From positions 355,085-419,084 of the forward strand of contig NW_005434617.1 of NCBI RefSeq assembly GCF_000315625.1: a DNA stretch of 64,000 nt, in the 5' to 3' direction. This DNA comes from Guillardia theta CCMP2712 (Eukaryota > Protista > Cryptophyta). A program made the translations under genes and the position numbers. Below, piece by piece: positions 14,033 to 27,394 of this stretch. How positions within the stretch are numbered: the stretch's first letter is position 1; the number at the start of each line of letters is the position of its first letter. Below the pieces are notes generated by a model, which had not been told where the DNA came from, made no database searches, and saw nothing but the letters and a program-made list of their open reading frames with translations.

Positions 14033-17000
14033 TGCCCGATGAGGTCGTGGAGCAGGAGGTGATGCGCGGCTTTCTGGATGGGGAGGCATCAGATTCTCAC
14101 ACTGCATGGAAGGACGCAAAGACCGCAGAAGTGACCCAAGACAGAAACTACGTGATGGACGACAGCGCCGACATCTGCCGTCACTGTGACGATGTTGATG
14201 TAATGACACATGTAGTGGCAACAAACTTGCAGTCTGTGTGTTTGTGTGTAGGCATGTTTCCTCCCATGTTCTTCCCTTGCATTTCTACTCCCGTTCTCAC
14301 GCTGGTGTTCACCCCCATGCGATCATTCCCTCAAACTCTGTCCCCTTCTCCTCATATTGTTGACTTAGTGTTGTGCTCCTACTCCACCACCACTACCACC
14401 GTCTCCTCCTCCGTCTCCTCCTCTGTCTCCCTCCTCCTGCTGAGCTTCTTGCGCAGGACGCCGTTGATATCACAGAGAAATTTCTTGACGAAGGTAAAGA
14501 TGATGTATGAGCACCAAGTTAGTTTACCTCTGTTTTAACAGACCCGAAGCGGCAGGATGATGATGATGATGATGATGAGGAGGAGGAGGAGGAGAAAGTT
14601 GAGCACCAAGAGGATTATGGACGATGAGNNNNNNNNNNNNNNNNNNNNNNNNNNNNNNNNNNNNNNNNNNNNNNNNNNNNNNNNNNNNNNNNNNNNNNNN
14701 NNNNNNNNNNNNNNNNNNNNNNNNNNNNTTTGCACTTTCCTGTCCTTGTGCCTCCATCTCCGTCTCCTTCCTTCACATCTCTCACCATACAGCAGGAAAC
14801 TACTCAATCGAAGATCCAACTCTTTGATGACTTAGTCTCAAGAGCTTCAGCCACTCAAGGTATTTCCATCCTCTCCCCCTGCCCCTCCTCTCCTCCCTCC
14901 TCTCCTCTTTTCCTCTCCTCTTTTCCTCTCCTCTTTTGTTCTCCTCGATTCTCTCCTCCTTCGTTCCCTACCTTCTCTCCTCCCTTCTCACACTTGAGGC
15001 TCATGGGACTTTCTATTTCTCTTTCCTCCTCCCTCCAGCCCCTTAACTCCATCCCCTCCCTCTGGTCTCACTCAACTGCCCTAGGACCACGTCAGTCGCC
15101 TCCTCCTCTGCCTCCTCAGCAGCCCGAGAAGAAAGTCTCTGCCATCACCTCAAAGCCGTTCAGCTTCAAGCTAGGAGGAGCAGGAGGAGCAGGAGGATTC
15201 TTAGCTGGTGGCAGAGCAAGAGGGGATGAGGAGAGCAAGCCGCTGCTGTCCCTGCTGAGCTCAGGGCCCACCCTCCTCAACTCAGACGCTTCTACAAGGC
15301 TGAATGTCCTGCTGAGAGGAAGTGAGAAGACCACAGGAGGAGATGTAGGAAGAGGAGGAGGGGGAGCAGACGGTCCGGGGAGCGGAGGAGGAGGAGGAGG
15401 AGGAGGAGGAGGATCCAGCCAGCCTCACAGACAAGGTCAGCCGGCAGCGAGGCAGCAAGAGGACGATGGGGAGGCAGCGTCGGGACCAGCTGAAGAACCG
15501 GCGAGGAGGAGAGGTGAGGAGACTCCTGGTGCGGTTGAGGAGCCGTCGAGTGCGAGAGGAGGAGGCGAAGGAGGAAGGAGGAGGGGCGTCGAGGGTGGAG
15601 GAGGGGAAGAAGGACGAAGAGGATCGGAGCAGGAGGCGCAGGAAGAGGCGCAGAGGTAATTTGACTTGATTGTGGGAGGGAGGAGATGAAGGGGACGCAC
15701 AGGATGCCTGCTCGTCGACCTCGAGGAGCGATGGGGATGCTCGACCAGGTAGGCTAGCTGATGGGAGGAGGGATGGAGGAGAAAGATGAGGGAGCAGGCA
15801 AAGGAGGAGGAGGAGGAGGAGGAGGAGGAGGAGGAGGTTGGAGATATTTGACGTGGGAATGGAGGAATGTGGAGGAGAAGGGAGCAAAGAGGAGAAGAAG
15901 CGGGAGGAAGGAAAGGAGAAGGGAAAGAAGCAAAAACGGCAATGGATGGGAAGAGGCGGGGGGAGGAGGAGCAGGAAGATATTTTCTGTCTCCTCTGACG
16001 AATAATCGCAGGCGGAGGAGTCTTCAAAGATGAGAGGAGGAAGAAGTCTTCTGCTGAACCTTCGCGAGCCTCCTCCTGCCCAACCTCTGCCTGAGGGATT
16101 GTCACAAGAACCCGATAGACAGAAGCAAGGTTCGCTCCCCTTTATCTCCCTCCCAACCTCTTCCAAAAACTCCCCCTCCCCCCCTCCTCCNNNNNNNNNN
16201 NNNNNNNNNNNNNNNNNNNNNNNNNNNNNNNNNNNNNNNNNNNNNNNNNNNNNNNNNNNNNNNNNNNNNNNNNNNNNNNNNNNNNNNNNNTAGTAGACAA
16301 CAACGACGACCACGACGACGACTACGACCCCACCACCCCCCCCCGCCGCCAACACCGCCGGCGACCACCACCACCACCTCCTCCGCCTCCTCCTCCTCCT
16401 ACTCCTACTCCTACTCCTACTCCTACTCCTACTCCTCCTCCTCCTCCTCCTCCTCCTCCTCCTCCTCCTACTCCCTATCAATCAGCTCGTGAGACTCCCC
16501 GTGCAGCCCAACCCAGTGCTGAGGTCGATCAGCCCGAGACTTCTGCTCGAGGTCAGAGCGCAGGAGGGAAGCGAAGGATCAATGCAGCTGAGATTCGCAA
16601 GGTGAGGAGGACGAGGAGGACATGGTGGACGAGAACGAGGACGAGGACGAGGATAGAGATAGTGTAGAGAGGAGCGGGAGACAGAGACAGAGACAGAGTA
16701 CCTGTTCTGAGTTGACACAGGCCATGTTGGCTGCTCGAGGGATGGAGCAGACGCAGGGGGGTGCGGAGGATGCGGAGGTGAGGAGAACCGGAGGAACTTT
16801 CGGGGTGATCGACTCGCAGCAGGAGCGCGTGCAGACGGCAGGAGGATCAGGAGGAGGGAGGAGGGACGAGTGAGTGATGTTGGGTGCAGAAGAGGGAGAA
16901 GGGCTGACGAGGGTGTCGCAGGGAGCCGCGGGAGGGAGAGGAAGAGGGAGGCGCTCGGGTGCAGCGAGGGCCGAGGAGGATGGCAGGGAGCGTGAGGAAT

Positions 17001-18616
17001 TCAACGTTGGAGAGTTCTATCGAAGTGATTGAGGCATTGTAGTATAAATATGTTTTCTTCTGCTCCTCTTCCTCCTCCTTTTCTCTCTCCTCTCCTCCTC
17101 CTTTTCTCTCTCCTCTTCTCCTCCTCCTTTTCTCTCTCTCTCTCTCCTCCTCCTCCTCCTCCTCATCCCTCCCCTCTCCTCCTCCTCCTCCTCCTCCTCC
17201 TCCTCCTCCTCCTCCTCCTCCCGCCCCTCTCCTCAAGGTTTGATCAAGTGGATGATATGCGTCCCATGCTCCCTCCCCTCGTCGGGCCAGTAAGCATCGA
17301 GCCCCCCAGGATCGCCATCCTCCTCCCGAAGCTCCTCGAGCCCGAACACTTCCAGCATCCGCCTGCTCCCCATCAGACTCCTCCTCGTCCTNNNNNNNNN
17401 NNNNNNNNNNNNNNNNNNNNNNNNNNNNNNNNNNNNNNNNNNNNNNNNNNNNNNNNNNNNNNNNNNNNNNNNNNNNNNNNNNNNNNNNNNNNNNTCCTCC
17501 TCCTCCTCTATCATCCTCCTCCTCTTCTTCTCCTCTCTCCTCCTCCTCTCTCCTTCTCCCCCTCCTCCTCCTCCTCCTCCTCCTCCTCCTCCTCCCCTAT
17601 CCTCCTCCTCGTTCTTCTCCCTCCTCCTCCTCCTCCTCCTCTTGCTCCTTCCCCTGCCCATCCTTTATCTCCCTCAAACAGTCCTGCATCCCCCTCCACC
17701 ACCAGTATCTTTCCTCTTCTCTCATGCCATCAGTCCTCTGTCCCTCCCGCTCCCCCTCTCCTCCAATCATCTCCCCTCCTCGCAGGGTCACCGGAAAGCA
17801 GCCGCGTCGTCTGCCTGCCCGTAGCATCTCGTCTCCTCCTCCTCCACCTCTACCTCTCCTGCGCATCGGAAGCGCATCGGCAGCCATGGTGCGTGAGCGA
17901 CGGCGCGACAGCAGAAGTCATCTTCATCTCTCGTCAGACTCCTCCACCTTCCACCTCCCTCCTCCCTCCTCCCTCCTCCCTCCTCCCTCCTCCCTCCTCC
18001 CTCCTCCCTCATCTCACCGTCTCTCGCACAGGCGCGATTCTCCTCCTGCTCGTTAAGAAACGTCCTTCGAACTACTCGTATCGTTCCTCCCCTGCTCCCC
18101 TCCAAGACCCTCCAGCACTCGTCCAATAGATCCTGCGTTCCAACTTACTCCTCCTCCCCATCCTCCTCCCTCTCCCTCTCCCTCTCCTCCCTCCTCCCTC
18201 CCTCCTCCCTCCTCCTCCTCCTCCTCCTCCTCCTCCTCCTCCGTCCTCCCTCCTCCCTCCTCCTCCTCGCCACGGCCTCCTGCTCCTGCTCCTACCGCCC
18301 TTGTCCTGATCCTCTCCTTTAGATCGACGTCGGATTTCACATCGACGCCAACGGCATCCTGTTCGTCACTGCGCAGGTGAGTGAGACAAGAGTGTAAGGA
18401 GGAGGAGGAGGAGGAGGAGGAGGATCGAGAGGGGGAGGGGAAAGGGGGAGGAGGAGGAGGAGCAGGAAACACACAACGGTCGATGGTCCGGAGATTTTGA
18501 CCTCAACTCACTGAGCTTTAGGATCTTGGAACGAAGAAGAAGGAGAGCATCACTATCAGCAACAGCAAGGCAGAACAGCTCCTCCCCTTCCCCCTCCTCG
18601 TTCTCCTCGTTCTCCT
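12269..18616 (+). CDS. Large multi-exon hypothetical protein (possibly two genes) ending in an Hsp70 substrate-binding-domain-like segment
   Basis: Helical exons with GT/AG ends, e.g. ARSALIQGLAQIEDAVKRAS, LRNIANNFEQLEEIKTKLL, RASIDALNNLLDSHLGVLQEF. The last visible exons are 18323-18376 IDVGFHIDANGILFVTAQ and 18522 onward DLGTKKKESITISNSK. Three ~100-N gaps interrupt the region. Confidence 0.45.
12429..12960. repeat. 23-bp minisatellite, ~23 copies (CTGAACATGAAGACGATGTTGAT)
   Basis: Near-perfect head-to-tail units with no spacers and occasional single substitutions (mostly T>C). Confidence 0.95.
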
Positions 18617-19252
18617 NNNNNNNNNNNNNNNNNNNNNNNNNNNNNNNNNNNNNNNNNNNNNNNNNNNNNNNNNNNNNNNNNNNNNNNNNNNNNNNNNNNN
18701 NNNNNNNNNNNNNNNNNNNNNNNNNNNNNNNNNNNNNNNNNNNNNNNNNNNNNNNNNNNNNNNNNNNNNNNNNNNNNNNNNNNNNNNNNNNNNNNNNNNN
18801 NNNNNNNNNNNNNNNNNNNNNNNNNNNNNNNNNNNNNNNNNNNNNNNNNNNNNNNNNNNNNNNNNNNNNNNNNNNNNNNNNNNNNNNNNNNNNNNNNNNN
18901 NNNNNNNNNNNNNNNNNNNNNNNNNNNNNNNNNNNNNNNNNNNNNNNNNNNNNNNNNNNNNNNNNNNNNNNNNNNNNNNNNNNNNNNNNNNNNNNNNNNN
19001 NNNNNNNNNNNNNNNNNNNNNNNNNNNNNNNNNNNNNNNNNNNNNNNNNNNNNNNNNNNNNNNNNNNNNNNNNNNNNNNNNNNNNNNNNNNNNNNNNNNN
19101 NNNNNNNNNNNNNNNNNNNNNNNNNNNNNNNNNNNNNNNNNNNNNNNNNNNNNNNNNNNNNNNNNNNNNNNNNNNNNNNNNNNNNNNNNNNNNNNNNNNN
19201 NNNNNNNNNNNNNNNNNNNNNNNNNNNNNNNNNNNNNNNNNNNNNNNNNNNN
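18617..19252. other. Assembly gap (long N run). Shorter ~100-N gaps occur near 14.6, 16.2, 17.4, 26.3, 50.6 and 55.5 kb
   Basis: N characters in the sequence. Confidence 1.
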
Positions 19253-19549
19253 CGCGATTTTGAGTTGATCCGGAGCCTGACGAACTGATGGGATTGGAAC
19301 AAGGGGGGACATAGATCAGAGAAACGAAAATGCAGGAGGAGAGGAGGCGAGGAGGAGAGGAGAGGAGGAGAGGAGGAGAGGAGGAGAGGAGGAGAGGAGG
19401 AGAGGAGGAGAGGAGGAGAGGAGGAGAGGAGGAGAGGAGGAGAGGAGGAGAGGAGGAGAGGAGGAGAGGAGAAGGCAGGAGAAGACGAGAATCAGAAAAA
19501 GGAAACGAAGAGGAGGAGATGAAGAAATGGAGAGGAGGAGATGGGGAGG

Positions 19550-21590
19550 AACACTCCAGTCTCTTGCTCACCTGCTCAGTCCGCTCTCCCCACGAAAAGA
19601 TGCTTGTCTCCAACTCAAACTCGTCTTCTCCGCACTCCGTCTCCTCGAGCTCCCTCCCTCTCCCACTCTCGTCCTCCCCTCCCTCCCTCCTCCACCTCCC
19701 CTCCCCTTCTCCCCCTTCCCTAAAGTGAGATTTGCAGACCCTCGAAAATTCTTCTTCCTCCTCCAGCGGCCTGATCCGCCGAACTATGTACATGTTGCCA
19801 GGAAGCAGTGAAATCTCCTCCCCCTCCCCTGCCACCTCGCAAACCTCCTCCTCGTTGCTCTCCCTCCTCCCTGTCCCGTACTGAATTCTCCTCACAAACA
19901 CGAGCCAGGGCTTCTTCCTCCTGGCCTCCTCCTCCTTCTCCTCCCCCTCCTCGGCTCCTTCCTGACCCGCTCCTCCCTCCATCTTCCTCCTCGCCTCCTC
20001 CCTCGCAAGGACCCGGGGGGGCGTGTACAGCTCCGAGTGCAGGTCAATCCGCAGCTTCACCTCCTCCTCCTCGTTGTGGTTCCTGTACACGACTCGATCC
20101 CCCCACACCTCCCTCGAGAACCCTCCGGCCCGCAGCTGCATCAGCTCCGACTCGGTCACGAACACCATCCTCGGGTACCTCCTCCTCATCCACAGCACCA
20201 GCTCCACCACCTCTCGTATCCTCCTCATTACCTCGGTCCCGTTGGAGGAGGACGAATGAAAGTTCTGTGCGTGCACCTGCACGTTCACCAGCCCGTCCTG
20301 CTCCTCCACCGTCCACCTGACCAGCTCCCGCGCCCTCGACACCGAGAGCGGGAGGCAGCAGGGCTCGAACCCGACGCGGAGGGAGGAGAGGAGGGGAGGA
20401 CCAAGGTGCGAGTTGTCAAGGCCGAGGAACCCACGCTCAAACAGGAAGTCGCCGGAGGAGGAGAGGCAGGCGTGATGCGGCATGGCGGCAACGAGGGGAG
20501 GAAAGCCCCAGAAGCGGAGGAAGGAGGAGAGGCCTTCCTCCATCCAAGAGTTGATCACCTCCGGGTCGTTCTCGCTCACCCCAGGGATCGCATGCTCCCT
20601 CACGTGCTCGCTCAGCAGCGATCGCAGCTGCCCGCCCCTGCCCTCCTCCTCCTCCTCCGTATCATTGCAGAACACCATCCCCTGCTCAAAGAACTTGCGG
20701 CAGGTCTCGTCCTCCCTGAGGTACTTCACCCATGCTCTCACGTCGAAGTGCGATCGCCCATGGTACTGCGGGTGCCAGACGCCCTGCTCGAACCCGCTCC
20801 TGTACAGCCTCCGCAAGTCACCTCTGCAGTAAGGCCAGGAGGAAGGGGCGCCTGTGGTGTTATGCAGCAGGTTCTCAGCATAGGAGCAGCTCTCCCCGTC
20901 AGGGCATCCCATCGCGCGCATCCTCTTGTGGTCCGGTCCTCCCACCACGAAGTAAGGGGAGAGGACAAGCTTCTGCTCCTCCCTGCACCCCTCGTTGATC
21001 CCCTCCACCATGTCGAACAGCCGGTATAGATCGCTCGCCTGCTCCACCGTCGCCCTGCCCCACGCTCCCGGGTCCCACCCTCCCTTCTCCGTCCTCTCCA
21101 GATCCTCCTGCCGCGGGAAGATGGGGATGGTGTCCGCTATTCTCCCCCAGTCGTCGCTCCCGAAGGCTACAGCGGGCCATGGTATCACCAGATTCTTCCT
21201 CCCCTCCTCCCATGCCTCCCCTCCCCCCGCTCCCCTCCCCTCCACAGCCGCGCTGGATATCAGGAACCATGTCGTGTCCTCTGCCACTGTCTTCCCGTCC
21301 TTGTCCTCTACCTTCACCGTCAGCTCGCACACGCCGGGCGCCATCCCCGCGAGGGTCACGGAGGGTTGAGTTGTGTGCGTCTCAAGCATCATGCTCCTGT
21401 TCACAAACATTCGAGCGCTCTCCTCCACCTTCGCCCCCTCAACCCTGTAGATGATCTGGACGGTGTCTGTATGTAGCACAGCATACTTCCTCGGGCTGAG
21501 GATCCTGACGGTAGCAGGCGAGCGGGGAGTCAGCGAGCAGCGCACGAGCCCGATCAGGCAACAGCACGTTAGCAGACGACAAGCACTCAT
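19550..21590 (-). CDS. Secreted protein: signal peptide + Ig-like domain + polysaccharide-deacetylase-fold (NodB/CE4-like) domain; 3' end uncertain
   Basis: About 2 kb of uninterrupted ORF. Leader MSACRLLTCCCLIGLVRC, then beta-rich VRILSP...VTLAGMAPGVCELTVKV. Motifs FGSDDWG, DLYRLFD, VVGGPDHKRMR, WHPQYHGRSHFD, FLRFWGF and VHAQNF. Confidence 0.65.
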
Positions 21591-22051
21591 GATGGAAGGG
21601 ATGTACTATAGCGAACTAGACATCGCTTCCTGTTCCCTGTCCTCCCCTCCTCCTCCTTCCCCTTCCTCCTCCTCCTCCTCCTCCTCCTGCCAACATCGTG
21701 CCCAGTTCTCCGACTCAATCAGTAGTCCTGTTCTGACCGGCTCTAAGTTGGTCAGACAGACGGGTGGGGTGGTACATACGATGTACTTTCCCGGGTGGGT
21801 AGTACATTATAGGGTAGTCGGGTACTTCTCTATTAATGTGATGGTACGGAATGAGAGGGTGGGTATTGATCATACGGGTAGTGGAAACAGTGGGGTGGTG
21901 TAGTCAGTTTGGGTACTGGCGACATGGCGGGAGAAGGGACCACCGCAGTGGCAATCATGGTAGGAGGAGGAGGCGAAGGAGGAGGAGGCGAAGGAGGAGG
22001 AGGCGTGCGAGAGAAGTGAAAGTGAAAGGAGAGGATGGAACGTTGGACGGA

Positions 22052-23069
22052 ATGGCTGGAAGAGGAGGAAGCGAAGATTCAAGGCAAGACAGAGGTCTTG
22101 TCCTGTTCAGATCAACAGGAAGTTGATGATAACAAATATGCCGGTGAGGAACAGGAAGAAGCAGAGAGAAAGTAGCAGGAGCGAAGCGATGACAGAAGAA
22201 TGTAGTTGGTGCATTGAGGGAAAGTCCGAAGCCTCTGGGATGGAAAAGGATTTCGGTGAAAGCTGACTGGTCGCATTTCGCTCACGGGACTGTTCAAGGC
22301 TGCGATCTTTCATCTGTGTGCGTTCGCGTCCATCTTCGACATCTATTTTCGTTCGCCGATCGTCAATGGTGCCTCCTCCTCCGCTTCCCCGCCCCTCTCC
22401 GCCGCCACAGCAAAGTTTCCCACCTGACTGCTTATCTCCTTTCTGCCCCACACTCCCTCCTCCTCCTATCCTCCTCCTCTTCCTCCTCCTTCTCCATCTC
22501 TCCCTAGGTTCATCATCCAGACTGAATGAGAGGACAGGGTTTGACTCAGTCGACACATGGGATGATCCTCCTGCAAAGAGACTGGTCATCATCGGTAGGG
22601 TTGACGAGCTTATGTATGCTTTTCGCTCATGGTGAGCTCAGTTGGCGACGGAGGGCGAGCCGACATGCTCTTCGACGAGAAGATCGACGCCGATGGACCC
22701 GCAGCTCGTGAGATCCTCCTCTCCCTCTTGCTTGCCTCCTCCTCCTCATCCTCCTCATCCTCCTCATCCTCCTCATCCTCATCCTCCTCCTCCTCCTCTC
22801 CCTTCCTGCTCCTGCATTTCACTTCCTGCCTCATTGATTGACACTTGGAAACAGCATGGATGCAGAAGAAGATCCTTGCAGGAGGAGCCAGTTGGGGAGT
22901 CTCGCACACACGCGTACCGACGGAATCCCGTCCATGTCATGCTTCGCTGCTGGGGGGGATCTATGAGGACCCGTCAGCTGTTACCAAAGTAAGGAGCAGC
23001 AGCACCAGCACCAGCACCACCACCAGCAGCAGCAGCAGAATCAGCATGAGGATGAGGAACAAACAAAAC

Positions 23070-23119
<50 letters not shown>

Positions 23120-26100
23120 CAATTATCATTGAAATGCGATGTAGCTGACGTGATCTGGGATGAAGAGGAGAAGGGCGTGAGGCAGTCGAGTCTTGACGGG
23201 TGTGAAAAGCACTTCGTTGAGACAATGGAGCACATTCAGAGAGAGAATGAGCGTTAATGGAATTGTCAATCTGAGACAATATCGATATATCCTTGATCTT
23301 GAAGTCCTGTAGATGATGTTATGATACGAACGTATCATCTGATGACAAAGTATCATCATATGATTAGTTTGCCATCTGATGATAGACTTGCGGTATTCTC
23401 CTTCTACAAACTCACCTCCTTGTTCTGCTACAGGGGTGGCAGCAGAATCCTGTCGAGTTCGACACCGTAGGACAAGGCGGGACGGTGGGGCCGTGGCCTC
23501 TGACACGTTGGCAGGTTCTGAACGCGAGCTCTGCTTCCTTCGCTATCGGCTCACCGGACGTGATCCCCTTGTTTGCTAAGGGGATCCCGCACGTGACATC
23601 AGTGAGATGCTTCTTAGACTGCCGTTGACAGGGCGTGACGACCCCGATCGCTAGATGACGTATCCTCCTGAGTGGGAAGATTTCTCCTCCGGGTCTGTAG
23701 ATCTCCTCTCTCATTTGAACTTTTCGATGACGAGTTCAATGTCCTTTCGAGTTTTCCGCCTTTGTGTTGCGGGGGCTCCAGCGGTCTCGTCTGAAGTTTG
23801 TTTTGTGCAGCTGCGGCTCAAAGGAGCGGGGGTGCAGGCGAGCAGCCGCGATGAAGTTCTCAACACCCTGACGTTGACATCTCAAAACTCGCAGGAGGCT
23901 GGACGACTGGGTCTTTGCCAAACTGGAAGAGCTGCTGAAGAACGCAACGTCGGACAAGGGTTGGTCCCGCAGTCATGGCTGAGATGACGAAGGAGAGCTG
24001 GTGACCCTGTGCTGCAGGTCTGAATCATCGCCTTCGACAGGACAAGATGATTATATTCCTGCACCTGCTGGTGAGAGTTGTTGTGATGCAACACAGATGC
24101 GAAACTGATGCTTTAATTGTCCTGTCCTGTCCCGTTCCGTCTTGTCCTGTCCTCCGCCCGCTCCCTTCCCCCTCCTCCCTCCTCCCTCCTCCCTCCTCTT
24201 CTTGGTTACCAGGGTCTCGATATGAATGGTCATGCTCATCGGCCAGCGTCGCAGCAATACAAGGATAATCTTCGGAGTGTCGACGAGGTTGAAAGACCTT
24301 CACATTCTCGGCCCTCACGTTCTCATAGACTGTCTCCGCAGGGTGTGAAGAAAGTTGAACAACTGTTGGATAATTTCTTCCATAGAGACGGAAAGACGGT
24401 AAGGACTTCACTGAACGAAACTTGTCTTCATCCCGCTGCCTTCGATTGTTTCATGACCAGCGCATTTTCTGCCTTCTTTCTCCTTTTCTTTCATATAGGC
24501 TTATCTCTTCACCTCCGATCATGGCATGAGCAACAAGGTGTTACTTTCCCTTCTGTTCGTAGCCTCGCCCCTTCTCTCTGACTCTTCCGCTTCCTTTTTT
24601 CTGACTCTTCTATTCTGCTCCTGCTCCTGCTCCTGCTCCTTCTGCTGCTACTCCTCCTCTTCCTCCGGCGGTGGCGGCGGGTGCTGCTGCTCTTGCCCCT
24701 GCTCCATCTCATCCGTCTCCTCCCTTCTTGTCATCATCCTCAACTTTTCTCAGGGGTCACACGGCGACGGGGAGGCAGAGTGCACGCAGACGCCTCTGGT
24801 CATGTGGGGGGCAGGAGTGAGCAGAACTTCTGCGAGGAAGAGCGTGGCGCCCGGCCATGAGGACAAGCATGCGAACCCCAAGACTCCTGAAGTAGGAGGA
24901 CAGAGAGAGAGAGGGAGAGAGGGAGAGGGAGAGGGGCAAGGGAGCGAGGGAGCGAGGAGGAGGAAGACAAAGAAGTGGTGATGGATGAAGGAGGGAGGAG
25001 GAGAAAGAGATAAGGTGGATAGTTGAGGGGGGTCAGGGTTGGAGGAGGTAACGATAGCAGTGGCAGCGGGGGGTCAGAGGGAAGGAGGAAGGGATGGGGA
25101 ACTGAATTGACTGGTAGGCATGGGGAAAGCTGAAATACGTGGAGAGAAAAGACCTGCAGCAAGCACAGGTCAAATCCCTCTCCCTCTCCCTCTCCCTCCC
25201 TCTCTCCCTCTTCCTCGCTGCCCCCTGCTCCCTCCCACCCCTCACTCCCTCACTCCCTCCTTCCCTCCCTCCTTTCCTCCCCGTCTTGTGACAATGATAA
25301 CAAACGAGACAGATTGCTCCGCTCATCTCAGTATTGATTGGAGGTGACCAGCCTCCTTCTGATCTTCCCATCCCCATCTGCGTTATCCCTCCACCGGCCG
25401 TCTTTACTCAAACTCCTCCCCACTTTCCCACTGTCCTCCTCCTCCCCCATTCTGTCGCTGACCTCTTCCTCCTCCCCTACTGCAGCTCAGCTTCCTCGCA
25501 ACAGCATCGGCATCCTCCCTCTCCAGTACTTGGACCTTTCTCCCCAGGACCCTCGTCGTCTGCTCCTCCTCCTCGCCAACGCAAAAGTCATGCACGCGCA
25601 GGTAAGTCCCTGAGCTCCTTTGTTTCTACCTCCCTCCCTCCCTCCCTCCCTCCCTCCCTCTCATTTCCCTTTCCGTCCTCTCCCTCTCCCTCATCCTCTC
25701 CCCTCCCCTCTTCCTCCTCAATCTCCATTGGCCTTGTTCTTGACCTCTCCCACTCCCTCTCCCATGACCCATCCACTTGTGCAGCTGAAGAGGAAGGAGG
25801 AGGAGAAGCGTCAGTCGAGCTTCAGCCTTCTCTTCAAGCAGTATCGTCCCATTCGGGTCTCTTGCTGTCTCTGCTGCCCCTCCTTGCTCATCGACCAGCA
25901 TGTAGGACGGGAGCATCCAGCGCGCCATCGAGGAGTGTGAGGAAGGAGCAAGAGAACGTCGCGCCGATCTCCCACAGCTGGAGGCAGAAGTTCATCGCGT
26001 CATACAGCTCCTCCTTCAAGGGCTGCTTTACTATGACACCTACGACCGGCACTTCCTCCAGGTTCCCACCCCCCCTCTTCCTCCTCCTCCTCCTCCTCCT

Positions 26101-27325
26101 CATCCACCAACAACAACAACAACAACAACTTGTACCGTTGCTCCTTACTGCATTTCCCTTTGTGTTCTCCTTCATTCTCATCTGCGCCTCGACCTCCCTT
26201 CAGCTTGCTGCCTCTCTCCTCCTCTCTCATCGCTCCTGGCAGGCTCTGATCATTCTCGCCTACATGGGAGGGATGANNNNNNNNNNNNNNNNNNNNNNNN
26301 NNNNNNNNNNNNNNNNNNNNNNNNNNNNNNNNNNNNNNNNNNNNNNNNNNNNNNNNNNNNNNNNNNNNNNNNNNNNCCCTCTTCCTCTCTCCCCCTCCCC
26401 CTCACTACTACTCCTCCTCCCCGTCTTCCGCCTCCGCTTCTGCCTCCTACTCCTCCACCACCACCTACTTTTCCCTTCCTCCCCTCTTTCTCCTTTCCCT
26501 CCACCTCTCCCGTCTTCCTCCCTTCTTCGTTCTTCTCCTCCTCTCCTATCGTTCCTTGATCCCCTCCCATCCCATCCCATCCCATCCTCCCATCCCTTCT
26601 TTCCTCTCCTCGCTCTCTTTCACCTCACGTGTTCATCCGCCGTCAGGTTTACATCTTTCCGTCTGGGCAGCCAACTGGTTTGCTCTTCTCCTCTCACTCT
26701 CACTCCCCTTCTTGTTCATTCGCTTCTCCTCCGTCGCCAATTTTCGTCTTATGAGGTGATATCCCTTCCATGCTGATGTATGGATCATCATCTCCATCAT
26801 CATCATCATCGCCATCATCATTATCTTCACAACAACCACCACCACCACCACCACCACCACTACCACCACCACCACCACCACCACCACCACCACCACCATC
26901 ACCACCACCACCACCACCACCACCATCATCATCATCATCGCCATCATCATCATCATCGCCATCATCATCATCATCGCCATCATCATCATCATCGCCATCA
27001 TCATCATCATCGCCATCATCATCATCATCATCATGGCTCGATCTCTTCTTGTTGGCCCATACTATCTCTCTTCCCTACTCGACCTCTTCCTTGCTTCCTC
27101 ATGACAGCTGTTTCTTTCCTCCAGCATTCTACTTGGCTGGGGCACAGCCTACGTTCTCCTCTCAATCAACTACGAGTCGTGCTTCTACGTCGCCCTATGC
27201 TGGCAGCTCCAGCTCTGGTGAGGACGCGAGTAGGAAGAGTGAATAGAAAGAATTGAAGGAGGACGAGCAGTAGCAGCAGCAGGGTCAGGACCAGGAGGAA
27301 GAGGAGGAGGAGGGGCGGCAGGAGA

Positions 27326-27394
<69 letters not shown>

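Noticed and set aside
18366-19550. C-terminal half of the listed 1074-aa ORF
   Set aside because: It reads through a microsatellite and the N gap and overlaps + strand exons, so it is an artefact.
26633-27256. Poly-His / poly-Met / poly-Pro ORFs (also poly-IL/DQ at 7.3 kb and similar elsewhere)
   Set aside because: These are translations of intronic trinucleotide or hexanucleotide microsatellites.
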